A stretch of 64,000 nt of DNA from a virus. The notes beneath the pieces are model-generated. The model made no database searches and was not told where the DNA came from. It worked only from the letters and a program-made list of their open reading frames with translations. The stretch spans positions 32,001 to 96,000 of the IMG/VR virus record IMGVR_UViG_3300027798_000020; one strand, given 5' to 3'. The translations under genes and the position numbers were made by a program. Below are positions 1 through 9,415 of this stretch, in pieces. The number at the start of each line of letters is the position of its first letter. Position 1 is the stretch's first letter.

Positions 1-1
1 T

Positions 2-487
2 TTGAAAATATTGCCCGAAGATGTCGTGCAAGCAGAAGAGATTCAAAAACATTTTCGAAAATTTTTGTTTAGTGCCATTGAAGGCGAAAACGATTTCCAA
101 ACTAACATTAATACTATCCTTAGCAGTGACACAGTAAAACAAAATCAATTTGGTTACGTTGCTTGCCTACCCAGCGTCCACGTTCGTGATGTTGCCCAAA
201 CTAAAGTTAAACGAGCCGCTCGATCTGTTGAAGACGGCCATCTAGCAGAAATTGGTTCTACGCTCAAAGATCTGGATGCAGAAATTATTTCATCAATTAA
301 GTCAAAAAACTTTGAAGGTTACAATATAGATGCTATAATTAAAAATAGGATGTGCTCTTGGCTCAATAAGACTAATTTGCAATTAGGTGCATGTGTTGTT
401 GTCAAAGCCAAAGTTAAAGATCATTCTAAACATTGGAAGCACGGTAACGACGTAACTAGACTTAATTATGTAAAGGCGGCACAATGA
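2..487 (+). CDS. hypothetical phage protein, 5'-truncated at window edge
   Basis: Open frame from the window start; its stop overlaps the next ATG (ATGA coupling). Confidence 0.7.
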   Translation: MKILPEDVVQAEEIQKHFRKFLFSAIEGENDFQTNINTILSSDTVKQNQFGYVACLPSVHVRDVAQTKVKRAARSVEDGHLAEIGSTLKDLDAEIISSIKSKNFEGYNIDAIIKNRMCSWLNKTNLQLGACVVVKAKVKDHSKHWKHGNDVTRLNYVKAAQ

Positions 488-732
488 GCAAAGAAAAACA
501 TAAACCTTATCAATGGATTGATGGTGAAACTGCGGATCGTATTACCAGTCTTAACCTAAAAGACTATCGTGCGTACCTTAAAAAAGAATTAAAGCAGTGG
601 AAGAAGAATCCAAAGTCAGATGCTAATCCAAATGGCTATTGGCTACATCCAGAAGATGTGGGCTTGAACATACAGACCATTGCGGCATTGGATTTGGTTA
701 TTAGTCATTTTGTAGTAACAGAGGATGAATAA
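484..732 (+). CDS. hypothetical protein
   Basis: 82-aa ORF, translationally coupled on both sides. Confidence 0.75.
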   Translation: MSKEKHKPYQWIDGETADRITSLNLKDYRAYLKKELKQWKKNPKSDANPNGYWLHPEDVGLNIQTIAALDLVISHFVVTEDE

Positions 733-1208
733 TGTCAGACGAATTTGAAAAATATGATGCCTTTGCAAAACATATGGAAGAACGTTTCCCAAAGATGTTT
801 GCGGGTAAGTATGGCGGGTTTGCTTGTGGCCAAGGGTGGTGGCCTATTCTTGAAAGCCTATGTGCTAATATTCAAAGCCATATTGACTGGAAAGAAAAAC
901 AGGGAACGACTGTCCCACAAGTTACTATAGCACAGATTAAAGAGAAGTTTGGTGGCTTACGTTTTTACTATGACGGTGGTGATGCTGAGATCCGTGGCAT
1001 GGTACGTATGGCAGAAGCTTGGGCAGATGTCAGTTGTGAAGAATGTGGCGCACCTGGCACGTCAGGTGGCAAAGGTTGGATTAAAACTCTGTGCCCTACA
1101 CACAGGGCAGAATCAGATGCTCGTTATGCAGAACGGTTCAAAGAAAGAACTAACGATGAAGATTTGCAATTATCTATTTTTGAAACGATGAAAAGCGAAT
1201 CTCAATAA
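732..1208 (+). CDS. conserved phage hypothetical protein with C-terminal CxxC...C putative zinc ribbon
   Basis: QIKEKFGGLRFY motif followed by CEECG...GWIKTLC; GAGG RBS upstream. Confidence 0.75.
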   Translation: MSDEFEKYDAFAKHMEERFPKMFAGKYGGFACGQGWWPILESLCANIQSHIDWKEKQGTTVPQVTIAQIKEKFGGLRFYYDGGDAEIRGMVRMAEAWADVSCEECGAPGTSGGKGWIKTLCPTHRAESDARYAERFKERTNDEDLQLSIFETMKSESQ

Positions 1209-1219
1209 AAGAGTTAAAA

Positions 1220-2080
1220 ATGAAAATTAAATTAGTCAGTGATTTACATTTGGAATTTTCGGATTGTTTTATCAACAATGACGAAGGTGCCGATGTATTG
1301 ATTTTAGGCGGTGATATTTGTATCGCCCAGGATCTACACGACCACCCTGAGCCAGCTAATACTGCGGATCAGGCCGCTATTGCCAACGGCACTGGCTTAG
1401 GTCGTAGACAGTTGACAGCACAGCGTTTTAGAGATTTCTTCAAGCGTTGTAGTTTTCAGTTTCCACATGTGATTTACATTATGGGCAATCATGAATTCTA
1501 CAATGGCAAGTTTTACGCAGGTATTGATTACATGCGTGAAGAATGTGCCAAGTACCCTAACGTGTATATGTTAGAGCAAGACATGAAGATTATTGACGAT
1601 GTTGTGTTTGTTGGCGGAACGCTTTGGACCAACATGAACAAGCGTGATCCTTTGACAATGCATGCCATCGAAGGTATGATGAACGATTTCCGTATCATCC
1701 GTAACGACCAAAGAAACTATGCGGCTATGAGTGCGTTAGATGTTGCTGTTCGTCACGATAAAACTCTAGGCTACATCAAACACATTGTTCAGGAACACAA
1801 GGACAAGAAGTGTGTTGTAGTTGGTCATCATAGTCCAAGTTTCCAAAGTTGTCATCCAATGTATGGTAATGACACATTAATGAACGGTGGATATCACAGT
1901 GACTTGAGTGAATTTATTATGGATCATCCACAGATCAAACTGTGGACACATGGTCACACTCACCATCCATTTGATTATGTACTTGGTGAAACTAGAGTTG
2001 TGTGTAATCCTAGAGGTTACGAAAATGACGGATACAGCGAGCAGACTGGCTGGAGCCCTAACTTAATTTTGGAGATTTAA
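1220..2080 (+). CDS. calcineurin-like metallophosphoesterase
   Basis: Motifs SDLH, GGD, GNHE, GHH, HGHTH and NPRGY in the canonical order. Confidence 0.92.
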   Translation: MKIKLVSDLHLEFSDCFINNDEGADVLILGGDICIAQDLHDHPEPANTADQAAIANGTGLGRRQLTAQRFRDFFKRCSFQFPHVIYIMGNHEFYNGKFYAGIDYMREECAKYPNVYMLEQDMKIIDDVVFVGGTLWTNMNKRDPLTMHAIEGMMNDFRIIRNDQRNYAAMSALDVAVRHDKTLGYIKHIVQEHKDKKCVVVGHHSPSFQSCHPMYGNDTLMNGGYHSDLSEFIMDHPQIKLWTHGHTHHPFDYVLGETRVVCNPRGYENDGYSEQTGWSPNLILEI

Positions 2081-2254
2081 ATGAGTAACGAAAACTTGCA
2101 ACCAACAGTTGTACAAATGATTAGAATGACCGGCGCAAATACTGCTAATTTCTTAGAGCAAATTGCTGAACATATTGAGATGCTTGAGCAAAAAGTTGCC
2201 GAGGCGACAAAGCGCATTGAGGAACTTGAAAGTAAACAAAATGCTACTGACTGA
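2081..2254 (+). CDS. small coiled-coil hypothetical protein (57 aa, not in the ORF track)
   Basis: GGAG RBS then ATG at 2081; MSNENLQPTVVQMIRMTGANTANFLEQIAEHIEMLEQKVAEATKRIEELESKQNATD; fills the gap between neighbours. Confidence 0.7.
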   Translation: MSNENLQPTVVQMIRMTGANTANFLEQIAEHIEMLEQKVAEATKRIEELESKQNATD

Positions 2255-2555
2255 GAAAGAAACCAAGCTGTTTAAAAAATGGCTTAAAAGTCATTTAGCG
2301 CACGGACCTACAACCGTAGTGTTTACTAAAAAAGATGGCACTGAACGAGTTATGGAATGTACAACCAATCCAACACTCGTTCCTTTTGTAGAGGAAAAAG
2401 TTCATGTAACTAATACAGATAACCCAATTGATTTTCCTGCCCCTAAAAAAGAAAAGAAAGTCAACGAAGAGGTTATGCCTGTATATGACCTAGAGTCCAA
2501 AGCGTGGAAAAGTTTCCGTTGGGACAGTATTAAAGAAGTAAGATTTACATTATGA
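2241..2555 (+). CDS. WYL_2 / Sm-like SH3 beta-barrel fold protein
   Basis: FTKKDGTERVM...VYDLESKAWKSFRWDSI signature; ATG at 2241 preferred over TTG at 2163. Confidence 0.7.
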   Translation: MLLTEKETKLFKKWLKSHLAHGPTTVVFTKKDGTERVMECTTNPTLVPFVEEKVHVTNTDNPIDFPAPKKEKKVNEEVMPVYDLESKAWKSFRWDSIKEVRFTL

Positions 2556-2791
2556 GCACAATACTAAGACATAGCGATACTTGCCAAATTAAAATGGCAA
2601 AAGGTTCAAAAACAACAGAAGCTGTGGTAGATCAGTTTATTTTTGAAAATGTACTTGACGTCATAGTCAATAAGAGTGTAAAATTAAAACTAAAGTGGAA
2701 TGGTAGATGTTACGAAGGTCGAAGTGCAGGAATGGATATTGAAAGCACTGGGCCTACTATTACTCGTACTCAAACAGGAATTAGAGGATAA
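2552..2791 (+). CDS. hypothetical protein
   Basis: 79-aa ORF with ATGA overlap. Confidence 0.7.
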   Translation: MSTILRHSDTCQIKMAKGSKTTEAVVDQFIFENVLDVIVNKSVKLKLKWNGRCYEGRSAGMDIESTGPTITRTQTGIRG

Positions 2792-2792
2792 T

Positions 2793-3233
2793 ATGAAAAT
2801 TGGACTAAGTTATAGTCGGTGTGTGCGTGATATTGTTGACGGAAAGATTGACATTGACGATGTATTAGTAGTTATTGCTCGTACAGATTTCGATCCTCGT
2901 GATGCCGACCAGTGGCAGGGAATTTGGTTGGGCTATGGTGGTGGCACTGAAAATGCCTACAGTCAAGGATTCTTCAGTCACAGCAATCCTGAATGGGCTG
3001 GCTATCACGATGAAGACCAGTTCCGTAGTGTCAGCATTGAACTTTGGGAGTCTGGTCGACTACACCAGCCCCGCAAGTTTGGCGCACACCCTACTCGTCG
3101 TCCAGAAATTTGGCTAGAAGCAGTATTGCCTAGCAGTGAGCTGGAATCTAATCCAGCCGCTAAAGCCGCTTGGGACAAGTTTCAAACTGTCGCAGGTCTT
3201 ACTAACGTTGAACTAGATGACAAATATCGATGA
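2793..3233 (+). CDS. hypothetical protein
   Basis: Start MKIGLSYSRC at 2793 after GAGG RBS; the track start at 2700 overlaps the upstream gene. Confidence 0.75.
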   Translation: MKIGLSYSRCVRDIVDGKIDIDDVLVVIARTDFDPRDADQWQGIWLGYGGGTENAYSQGFFSHSNPEWAGYHDEDQFRSVSIELWESGRLHQPRKFGAHPTRRPEIWLEAVLPSSELESNPAAKAAWDKFQTVAGLTNVELDDKYR

Positions 3234-3499
3234 AGATTACTTCGTTACTAGTAGTGGCATTACTCCTAGTTGGGTGTGATAGCCAAAGTACAACCTCAAA
3301 GGTTATGACCTATAGTGAGCTGTACGACTATCCAGTCAGCTGTTCACTAAAGGATATTCAATTAAAAGAGCTAACTGCACTACAGCGACAACTAAATTTT
3401 GATCCGGATCCAGACATGTTAAGCGAATTTAATCGAGCTTATAATAGTAGACTCAAAGCTACCATTTGGTGGTACGCTTATAGGTGTGATCAATCATGA
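3230..3499 (+). CDS. lipoprotein
   Basis: Signal peptide with lipobox LVGC. Confidence 0.75.
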   Translation: MKITSLLVVALLLVGCDSQSTTSKVMTYSELYDYPVSCSLKDIQLKELTALQRQLNFDPDPDMLSEFNRAYNSRLKATIWWYAYRCDQS

Positions 3500-3840
3500 A
3501 ATGGTTAATACTCTTACTGGTACTTGTGCCTGTGTCATCGTGGGCCAATTGTAATGTTAAAAGCGCCACATATCAAAAAGATGGTATAATGAGTAGCGAG
3601 TCAGTTACAGTTTGCCAAAACGGACGAACCCCTGATTCTAAAATTAAAATTGGCGATACTATTTTGGAAAATGAAGTTGGGCCAACTGATGCTAACGTTG
3701 GGTATTTCAAACATAAAAATACAACCTGTAAACTGTTTACTGAAAGACAAGGTCGAGATAAAAAGTTACAAGTATACCACGGTGTTATTTGCCAAATTGA
3801 TAACAGTCCAAATAATTGGATAGTTATGGACAAATGGTGA
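3496..3840 (+). CDS. secreted Cys-containing protein
   Basis: Sec signal MKWLILLLVLVPVSSWA; 4 Cys. Confidence 0.7.
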   Translation: MKWLILLLVLVPVSSWANCNVKSATYQKDGIMSSESVTVCQNGRTPDSKIKIGDTILENEVGPTDANVGYFKHKNTTCKLFTERQGRDKKLQVYHGVICQIDNSPNNWIVMDKW

Positions 3841-3841
3841 C

Positions 3842-3870
3842 TTGACCTTTTGATTTAATTCAACTATAAT
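3842..3870 (+). promoter_or_regulatory. sigma70-like promoter
   Basis: TTGACC-N17-TATAAT in an intergenic gap. Confidence 0.8.
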
Positions 3871-3901
3871 ATAACTGTTATTAACACACAGAGAGGCACA
3901 T

Positions 3902-4030
3902 ATGAAAGGCTTTATTTTAGGCACTATCTTTGGACTAATTCTAGCAACTGTTGGATTTTCTGGCATTGCTAAGATGTTAGACAAAGGTGTAGACACAGTT
4001 AAAACACACTCACAGGAGATGGCAAAATGA
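3902..4030 (+). CDS. small membrane protein (42 aa, not in the track)
   Basis: GAGG RBS; MKGFILGTIFGLILATVGFSGIAKMLDKGVDTVKTHSQEMAK; ATGA overlap with the next ORF. Confidence 0.7.
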   Translation: MKGFILGTIFGLILATVGFSGIAKMLDKGVDTVKTHSQEMAK

Positions 4031-4149
4031 AAGCAGTTGGCGTAATTATTTTGAGCATGGCACTTACTGCATGTTCTACAGTAGCAGGGGTTGGCAAAGA
4101 CATTTCGTCTACTGCCGAATGGACTAAAGAAAAGATGGGTGGCCGATAA
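4027..4149 (+). CDS. entericidin EcnA/B-like small lipoprotein (40 aa, not in the track)
   Basis: MKAVGVIILSMALTACSTVAGVGKDISSTAEWTKEKMGGR: lipobox LTAC plus the C-x-T-V-x-G-x-G-K-D-I entericidin pattern; AGGAG RBS. Confidence 0.75.
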   Translation: MKAVGVIILSMALTACSTVAGVGKDISSTAEWTKEKMGGR

Positions 4150-4691
4150 TGAAAAAATTACTAATTGCACTTCCTATGATTGCGTTGTTAGCTGCCTGCG
4201 GTACTACAGACAGGCATGCAAAAATTGCAGAAGATGTTCGCGAACGTGAGTATCGTGATCGTCAAGCAGTACTGGATAAAGCACCAGATTGGATGATTAA
4301 GCTACCAGAAAGCAAAAGTGCAGTCTACGCGGCTGATACTGCCAAAGCTAGAGATTATTCAATGGCACGACAAATTGCCGAGCAAAATGCTAGAAATACA
4401 ATTTGTATGACTGCAGGCGGCACTTCTAGCACACGCATGAAAACATACTCAACTGAATCTGTTACACGAAGCGAATCAATATCGCGTTCTTCATGTAAAG
4501 AAGTTGATCTAACTGGCGCCTATGTTGAAAAACATAAAATTATTAATACTAGAGGCGGCGGCTATCAAGCCTATGTATTGTTAGTCTTACCAACAGGTGA
4601 TGCTAACGTACTGAAAAATCAACGCCATCAGCAGAATCTTCAAGAGATGGCTACCAAGCGACTTAAAGAAGTTGATAGCGAATTAAATTAA
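4149..4691 (+). CDS. lipoprotein, possibly LPP20-like
   Basis: Lipobox LAAC; PDW...A..NAR pattern. Confidence 0.7.
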   Translation: MKKLLIALPMIALLAACGTTDRHAKIAEDVREREYRDRQAVLDKAPDWMIKLPESKSAVYAADTAKARDYSMARQIAEQNARNTICMTAGGTSSTRMKTYSTESVTRSESISRSSCKEVDLTGAYVEKHKIINTRGGGYQAYVLLVLPTGDANVLKNQRHQQNLQEMATKRLKEVDSELN

Positions 4692-4703
4692 TTAAGGAAT
4701 ATA

Positions 4704-5294
4704 ATGCCACATTTGGTACCCACGGTTATCGAGTCCGAAGCTCGCGGAGAACGAGCTTACGACATTTACAGTCGTTTACTTAAAGATCGTATTATCATGC
4801 TGGACACAGATGTTAATGAACATTCAGCAAGTCTAATAGTAGCACAGCTACTCTTTTTAGAAAGCCAGGGAAATGAAGATATCAACTTTTTTATCAACAG
4901 TCCAGGTGGAGTGGTTACTGCTGGCATGGCCATTTACGATACTATGCAATTCATTAAGCCTAATGTTAGCACCATTGTTATGGGCCAAGCCTGTAGTATG
5001 GGCAGTCTGCTTGCCACTGCTGGTGCTCCTGGCAAGCGTAAGATGCTACCAAACGCTAGACACATGATTCATCAACCTAGCGGTGGGGCTGGTGGACAGG
5101 CTACAGATATGGAAATCCAGGTAGAAGAGATTCTAAAAATGAAGAAGAATTTGACCCAGATTTATGTGAATCATAATAGCAAGGGCAAAACATTTGAACA
5201 GTTTAGGCACGATATGGAACGTGATAAATTTATGAGTGCGCAAGAGGCTCTAGAATACGGTTTGATTGACGAGATTATAACAAAACGCCCATAA
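4704..5294 (+). CDS. clpP: ATP-dependent Clp protease proteolytic subunit
   Basis: [23 protein letters not shown], catalytic ACSMG (Ser), MIHQP (His), MERD (Asp). Confidence 0.97.
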   Translation: MPHLVPTVIESEARGERAYDIYSRLLKDRIIMLDTDVNEHSASLIVAQLLFLESQGNEDINFFINSPGGVVTAGMAIYDTMQFIKPNVSTIVMGQACSMGSLLATAGAPGKRKMLPNARHMIHQPSGGAGGQATDMEIQVEEILKMKKNLTQIYVNHNSKGKTFEQFRHDMERDKFMSAQEALEYGLIDEIITKRP

Positions 5295-5325
5295 AGTGCG
5301 CAGATAATGAAAAGTCGTAGTACAC

Positions 5326-5333
5326 TATAAATA
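5326..5333 (+). promoter_or_regulatory. T4-like late promoter TATAAATA inside an RBS-sequestering hairpin (5316-5356)
   Basis: Exact T4 late consensus, 20 nt upstream of ATG 5354. Confidence 0.7.
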
Positions 5334-5353
5334 CTAATGTCTAGGAGTGTACT

Positions 5354-6082
5354 ATGGCCCGCAAGGCGTTTAACTGGTCTTTACTTGACCGAGAAACTCT
5401 GTACTCAATGCTACATCAACTAAAATCTGAGTTAGTTGATAGACGACTTCCTATTGATGAAATTACTCGTCTAATAAGTCAGCACGTTAAGTGTCATCTT
5501 CCAATAAAATTTAAAAGTAGTAGATACAAGCCTGTAAAGAAGGGCGAGATTTGGGTAGGCGGTGCTTATTATTCTGATTTAGATAAAAAGGGCAGAAAGC
5601 GTTTTATTGAAGTTGAAATGGTTTACCCTCCAAATATTTCAACTATGAAGATGAGTATCTATCGTTGGGAGAGAGTTTGCCAACTTTTTGCTGATACTGT
5701 ACTCCATGAGGTTATTCATACACGGCAATATCGTGCTAGGAATTTTAAAGATATTCCAGGATATCAAAGTACTGCCTACTATGCTCGTACCCGTAAAGAA
5801 CAAGAGTATTATGGTGATAGAGATGAAATGGGTGCTCATTCATTTAACCTAGCTCAAGATATGATTGATAAATTTGGTTTTGATCCCAAAGCTATCAAAA
5901 TATACTTAGATTCAAAAGTACCAAAACGTGTTCGTCCAAATAGTTGGGGACGCTTTATGAAGGCATTTGAGTACGATCACAACCATCCAAAAGTTCGCCA
6001 AATGAAGCGTAAGATAATGAATCAACTAGAATACGCATATACTGGTAAGCCATTTAAGACAACAAATCACTTGACATACTGA
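5354..6082 (+). CDS. putative zincin-like metalloprotein (HExxH)
   Basis: VLHEVIHTRQ with a downstream E..A segment (RDEMGAH); AGGAG RBS. Confidence 0.6.
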   Translation: MARKAFNWSLLDRETLYSMLHQLKSELVDRRLPIDEITRLISQHVKCHLPIKFKSSRYKPVKKGEIWVGGAYYSDLDKKGRKRFIEVEMVYPPNISTMKMSIYRWERVCQLFADTVLHEVIHTRQYRARNFKDIPGYQSTAYYARTRKEQEYYGDRDEMGAHSFNLAQDMIDKFGFDPKAIKIYLDSKVPKRVRPNSWGRFMKAFEYDHNHPKVRQMKRKIMNQLEYAYTGKPFKTTNHLTY

Positions 6083-6099
6083 TACATAGACTGTACAAT
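6071..6099 (+). promoter_or_regulatory. sigma70-like promoter
   Basis: TTGACA-N17-TACAAT upstream of the ligase. Confidence 0.8.
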
Positions 6100-6128
6100 A
6101 GTTACATTAAGTCAACTAAAGGTCTAGA

Positions 6129-7451
6129 ATGAGCGAAGCTTGCTACCGAGTTATTTCCGATCTGGAAAATCATCCTTCACGTTTGAACAAAGAAGCGATC
6201 CTACTGGCGCAAGCCGAAGCAGGAAATGACGAACTGTTTGCAGGATTGAACCTAACATTTAATGCGATGGTAACATTTGGACTCAAACAAATCAAGGAAA
6301 AAACAAATGAAGACGGTAATGGTATCACTTGGAGTACTTTTAATAGTGTTGCTCAGTGCCTACGTCATCGTGATATCACCGGTAATGACGCCCGTGATGC
6401 CGTTGATGCGTTGATGGCGCAGGCCACCAAGGCCCAATGGAATGGTTGGTATCGTCGTATTCTTATTAAAGATATGCGAGCAGGATTTAGTGAAAACACC
6501 ATTAACAAAGTTGTAGAAAAGAAATGGCCCGATTATGCCGTTCCTGTTTTTAGTTGCCAACTTGCCCATGATAGTGCCAATCATGAATCCAAGGTCACTG
6601 GACAAAAACTTATTGAAGTTAAACTCGACGGCGTTCGTGTTATTACCATTGTTTACCCTAACGGTCGTGTTGATCAATTTAGTCGCAATGGTAAGGAACT
6701 TGTAAACTTTCCCCATGTGAAAGATCAAATCTCAAAAGTAGTCAAGCAAGATCCGCCACCTTATCCGGTAGTACTGGATGGTGAAATCATGAGTGGAACT
6801 TTCCAAGACTTAATGAAACAGATTCACCGCAAGAGCAGTGCCAAGGCAAACGATGCGGTTCTTAACTTGTTTGACTTTGTGCCGTTAGCAGATTTTGAAA
6901 AGGGTAAATGGGACAAACCCCAGACTACCCGAAGCATGATGCTCAAGGCATGGTTTGAAAAAAATGAATTACAGCTACCCAATGTAACAGTTGTTGCTCA
7001 GGAAACTGTAGACCTAGATACCGATGCTGGCCAAAAACGTTACAAAGAAATTAACGCATTGGCAATTGCTGGTGGGTATGAAGGCATCATGTTGAAAGAC
7101 CCGGATGCCGGTTATAAATGCAAGCGATCAGTTGCTTGGCTCAAGCTCAAGCCGTTTATTGAAGTATCGCTAACCGTTACGGCTGTAGAAGAAGGCACAG
7201 GTCGTAATGTTGGTAAGCTAGGTGCCGTTGTTTGTGAAGGGGTCGATGATGGTAGAGAGATATCCGTTAATGTTGGTAGCGGGTTTACTGATAGCAATCG
7301 TGATGACTACTGGGCTAGTCGTGAAGCTGTGGTTGGCAAGATTGTCGAAGTCCGAGCCGATGCAATTACACAAAATCAAGATGGCACTTACTCTTTACGT
7401 TTTCCACGATTTCTCCATTTTAGAGGCTTTGCAAATGGCGAAAAAATTTGA
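6129..7451 (+). CDS. lig: ATP-dependent DNA ligase
   Basis: EVKLDGVR (motif I), VLDGEI, FD, EGIMLK, KRSVAWLKLKP and OB-fold GSGF...LRFPRF. Confidence 0.96.
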   Translation: MSEACYRVISDLENHPSRLNKEAILLAQAEAGNDELFAGLNLTFNAMVTFGLKQIKEKTNEDGNGITWSTFNSVAQCLRHRDITGNDARDAVDALMAQATKAQWNGWYRRILIKDMRAGFSENTINKVVEKKWPDYAVPVFSCQLAHDSANHESKVTGQKLIEVKLDGVRVITIVYPNGRVDQFSRNGKELVNFPHVKDQISKVVKQDPPPYPVVLDGEIMSGTFQDLMKQIHRKSSAKANDAVLNLFDFVPLADFEKGKWDKPQTTRSMMLKAWFEKNELQLPNVTVVAQETVDLDTDAGQKRYKEINALAIAGGYEGIMLKDPDAGYKCKRSVAWLKLKPFIEVSLTVTAVEEGTGRNVGKLGAVVCEGVDDGREISVNVGSGFTDSNRDDYWASREAVVGKIVEVRADAITQNQDGTYSLRFPRFLHFRGFANGEKI

Positions 7452-7686
7452 TTTAAAACGTAGTATGAACAAAGACCTTGTCTACGGAGGTCTGCTAGAA
7501 CTTAGCCGTAACAAAATGGTTTGGCATGAAAGTACTGTAAGTCCAGAGTATAGCCACTTGACAGAAGATGGAAAAGTTGCTATTATACACGTTGTAGAAA
7601 ATATGTTTCGTGGTTTACAAACCGTTCATGAAACAGAGATCAAAGAAGAAGCAAAGCGTCAAACGATTGAGGCATTCAAATTATGA
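7435..7686 (+). CDS. hypothetical protein
   Basis: Start MAKKFDLKRSM at 7435 preferred over the upstream track start inside the ligase. Confidence 0.65.
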   Translation: MAKKFDLKRSMNKDLVYGGLLELSRNKMVWHESTVSPEYSHLTEDGKVAIIHVVENMFRGLQTVHETEIKEEAKRQTIEAFKL

Positions 7687-7907
7687 ACATTGTTATTAGT
7701 AGATCTAAGATTAACACGATTAAACAAGGTGATCCTAAGTTCATGCTCACAGACGGAATGGTAGTCTGCCCCCGTGCTGGATTTGAAATTAATCAACGAT
7801 GCCCTAAAGAATATAAATTAATCATTGCTGAATGTATTAATAATGGATGGCTTAAACCCGTTGCTCATATATACGGCAAAGAACTAACAATGGATGCGCT
7901 AAGATGA
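7683..7907 (+). CDS. hypothetical protein
   Basis: 74-aa ORF coupled by ATGA overlaps. Confidence 0.7.
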   Translation: MNIVISRSKINTIKQGDPKFMLTDGMVVCPRAGFEINQRCPKEYKLIIAECINNGWLKPVAHIYGKELTMDALR

Positions 7908-8089
7908 CAACAGTAAAAGAAGGCAGTACCTGGGAAGGAAGCGATCATAAACAGTTTTTAGTATTGCATACTATAGAAAAAGATGGGCATGTATGGGTGC
8001 ATTATAGGCAAAACGGTAAAGATAATAATCAAGAATTTAGTTGTTATGTAGAAAGTTTTGTCAATAGGTTCAGAGAAATTCTTACATGA
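7904..8089 (+). CDS. hypothetical protein
   Basis: 61-aa coupled ORF. Confidence 0.7.
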   Translation: MTTVKEGSTWEGSDHKQFLVLHTIEKDGHVWVHYRQNGKDNNQEFSCYVESFVNRFREILT

Positions 8090-8313
8090 AATATGTTAGA
8101 CACTTTCTAGTAGCAATAGTCTTGTTATTGTTAGCTAGATTTTGGGTACAACGATTGCCATCTGATTCTACTATTAGGATATTTTGTGCATACGATAAAT
8201 TGTTTATTGAGTTTGAAGAAAAGAATAGTCGATGGGGCACTATGTTTTTAGATAACACTGGTAAACCAATGTCTTGCAATAAAAAAATTACTGTAGAACA
8301 ATACAGTTTGTAA
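8086..8313 (+). CDS. small membrane-anchored hypothetical protein
   Basis: N-terminal hydrophobic helix; coupled ORF. Confidence 0.65.
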   Translation: MKYVRHFLVAIVLLLLARFWVQRLPSDSTIRIFCAYDKLFIEFEEKNSRWGTMFLDNTGKPMSCNKKITVEQYSL

Positions 8314-8334
8314 ATAATTAAAAGGAGATTTAAT

Positions 8335-9030
8335 ATGTTTGGATCATCATATACCGGCGGTTTGCCAACTTACCGCTCGGCAACACAAATTAACTCAGCA
8401 ATGGGACGAGTCTACGGACATATGTCTCTTGCAGTTATTACCTCAATGATTGTTAGTTTTTTAGTTGGTACTAACGCTGGATTGATGGAATTTTTCTTTA
8501 CTGGCGCAATGAAGTGGCTTGTGATCTTTGCACCGCTTATCGCCATTCTTGGTGTTAGCTTTGCTATGGAAAAGATGAGTAAAAGTGCCCTACAACTTTT
8601 TCTACACGGATTTGCGGCGCTGATGGGACTAAGTTTTTCCACAATCTTTGTAGTCTACAACATGGGCAGTATTGTCAGTGCCTTTATGGGTGCGGCAGTG
8701 TTGTTTGGTGTTATGAGTGGCTATGGTTATTTTACTAAGAAAGATCTTAGTGGTGTTGGACAGTTTATGTTTATCGGTCTTATTGCTATTGTGATTGCCA
8801 GTATTATTAATATCTTTATTGGAAGTACGGTAATGCAAATGGTTATCAGTGCTATTGGCGTTATTGTATTCCTAGGCTTGACTGCCTACGACACACAGAA
8901 GATTCGTGAAATGGTGTCAGTAGGTGATGATACTGGCAAAGAAGAAGTTGCAGGTGCGTTAACTCTGTATCTGGACTTTATTAACTTATTCTTAATGCTG
9001 TTACAACTATTTGGTGGAAAGAAAGAATGA
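8335..9030 (+). CDS. Bax inhibitor-1/YccA family membrane protein
   Basis: About 7 TM helices; TKKDLS, LTAYDTQKI, ALTLYLDFINLF. Confidence 0.95.
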   Translation: MFGSSYTGGLPTYRSATQINSAMGRVYGHMSLAVITSMIVSFLVGTNAGLMEFFFTGAMKWLVIFAPLIAILGVSFAMEKMSKSALQLFLHGFAALMGLSFSTIFVVYNMGSIVSAFMGAAVLFGVMSGYGYFTKKDLSGVGQFMFIGLIAIVIASIINIFIGSTVMQMVISAIGVIVFLGLTAYDTQKIREMVSVGDDTGKEEVAGALTLYLDFINLFLMLLQLFGGKKE

Positions 9031-9392
9031 CGAATCCATTTCGCGATCAAGAAAAGTTTATGCGGGCCTGTGATCAAACCGCAGGCGGTGAGTTTGATCA
9101 ATCTCAATTTAAAATGTATCTTGGATTGATCGAAGAAGAATATAAAGAGCTTAAAGAAGCTGTTAATAATCACGATCAGTTAGAAACGCTTGATGCACTT
9201 ATTGATATTCTAGTTGTTACTATTGGTGCTATCCATAGTATGGGCAGTGATGCCGAGGGTGCGTGGAAAGAAGTTATGCAGACTAACTTTGCCAAGATTG
9301 ATAAAGATACTGGCAAGGTTCGTAAGCGTGAAGACGGTAAGGTGTTAAAACCCGTAGGATGGGTTCCGCCGAATCTTGCACCATATGTATAA
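9027..9392 (+). CDS. MazG-like / PRA-PH all-alpha NTP pyrophosphohydrolase
   Basis: LIEEEYKEL...DALIDILVV...EVMQTNFAK...REDGKVLKP. Confidence 0.88.
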   Translation: MTNPFRDQEKFMRACDQTAGGEFDQSQFKMYLGLIEEEYKELKEAVNNHDQLETLDALIDILVVTIGAIHSMGSDAEGAWKEVMQTNFAKIDKDTGKVRKREDGKVLKPVGWVPPNLAPYV

Positions 9393-9415
9393 CGTCTTTA
9401 TAGATAAGGATTAAC

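Noticed and set aside
3766-4170. 134-aa minus-strand ORF in the track
   Set aside because: The region is better explained by a + strand promoter and two short coupled ORFs with RBSs (3902-4030 and 4027-4149).
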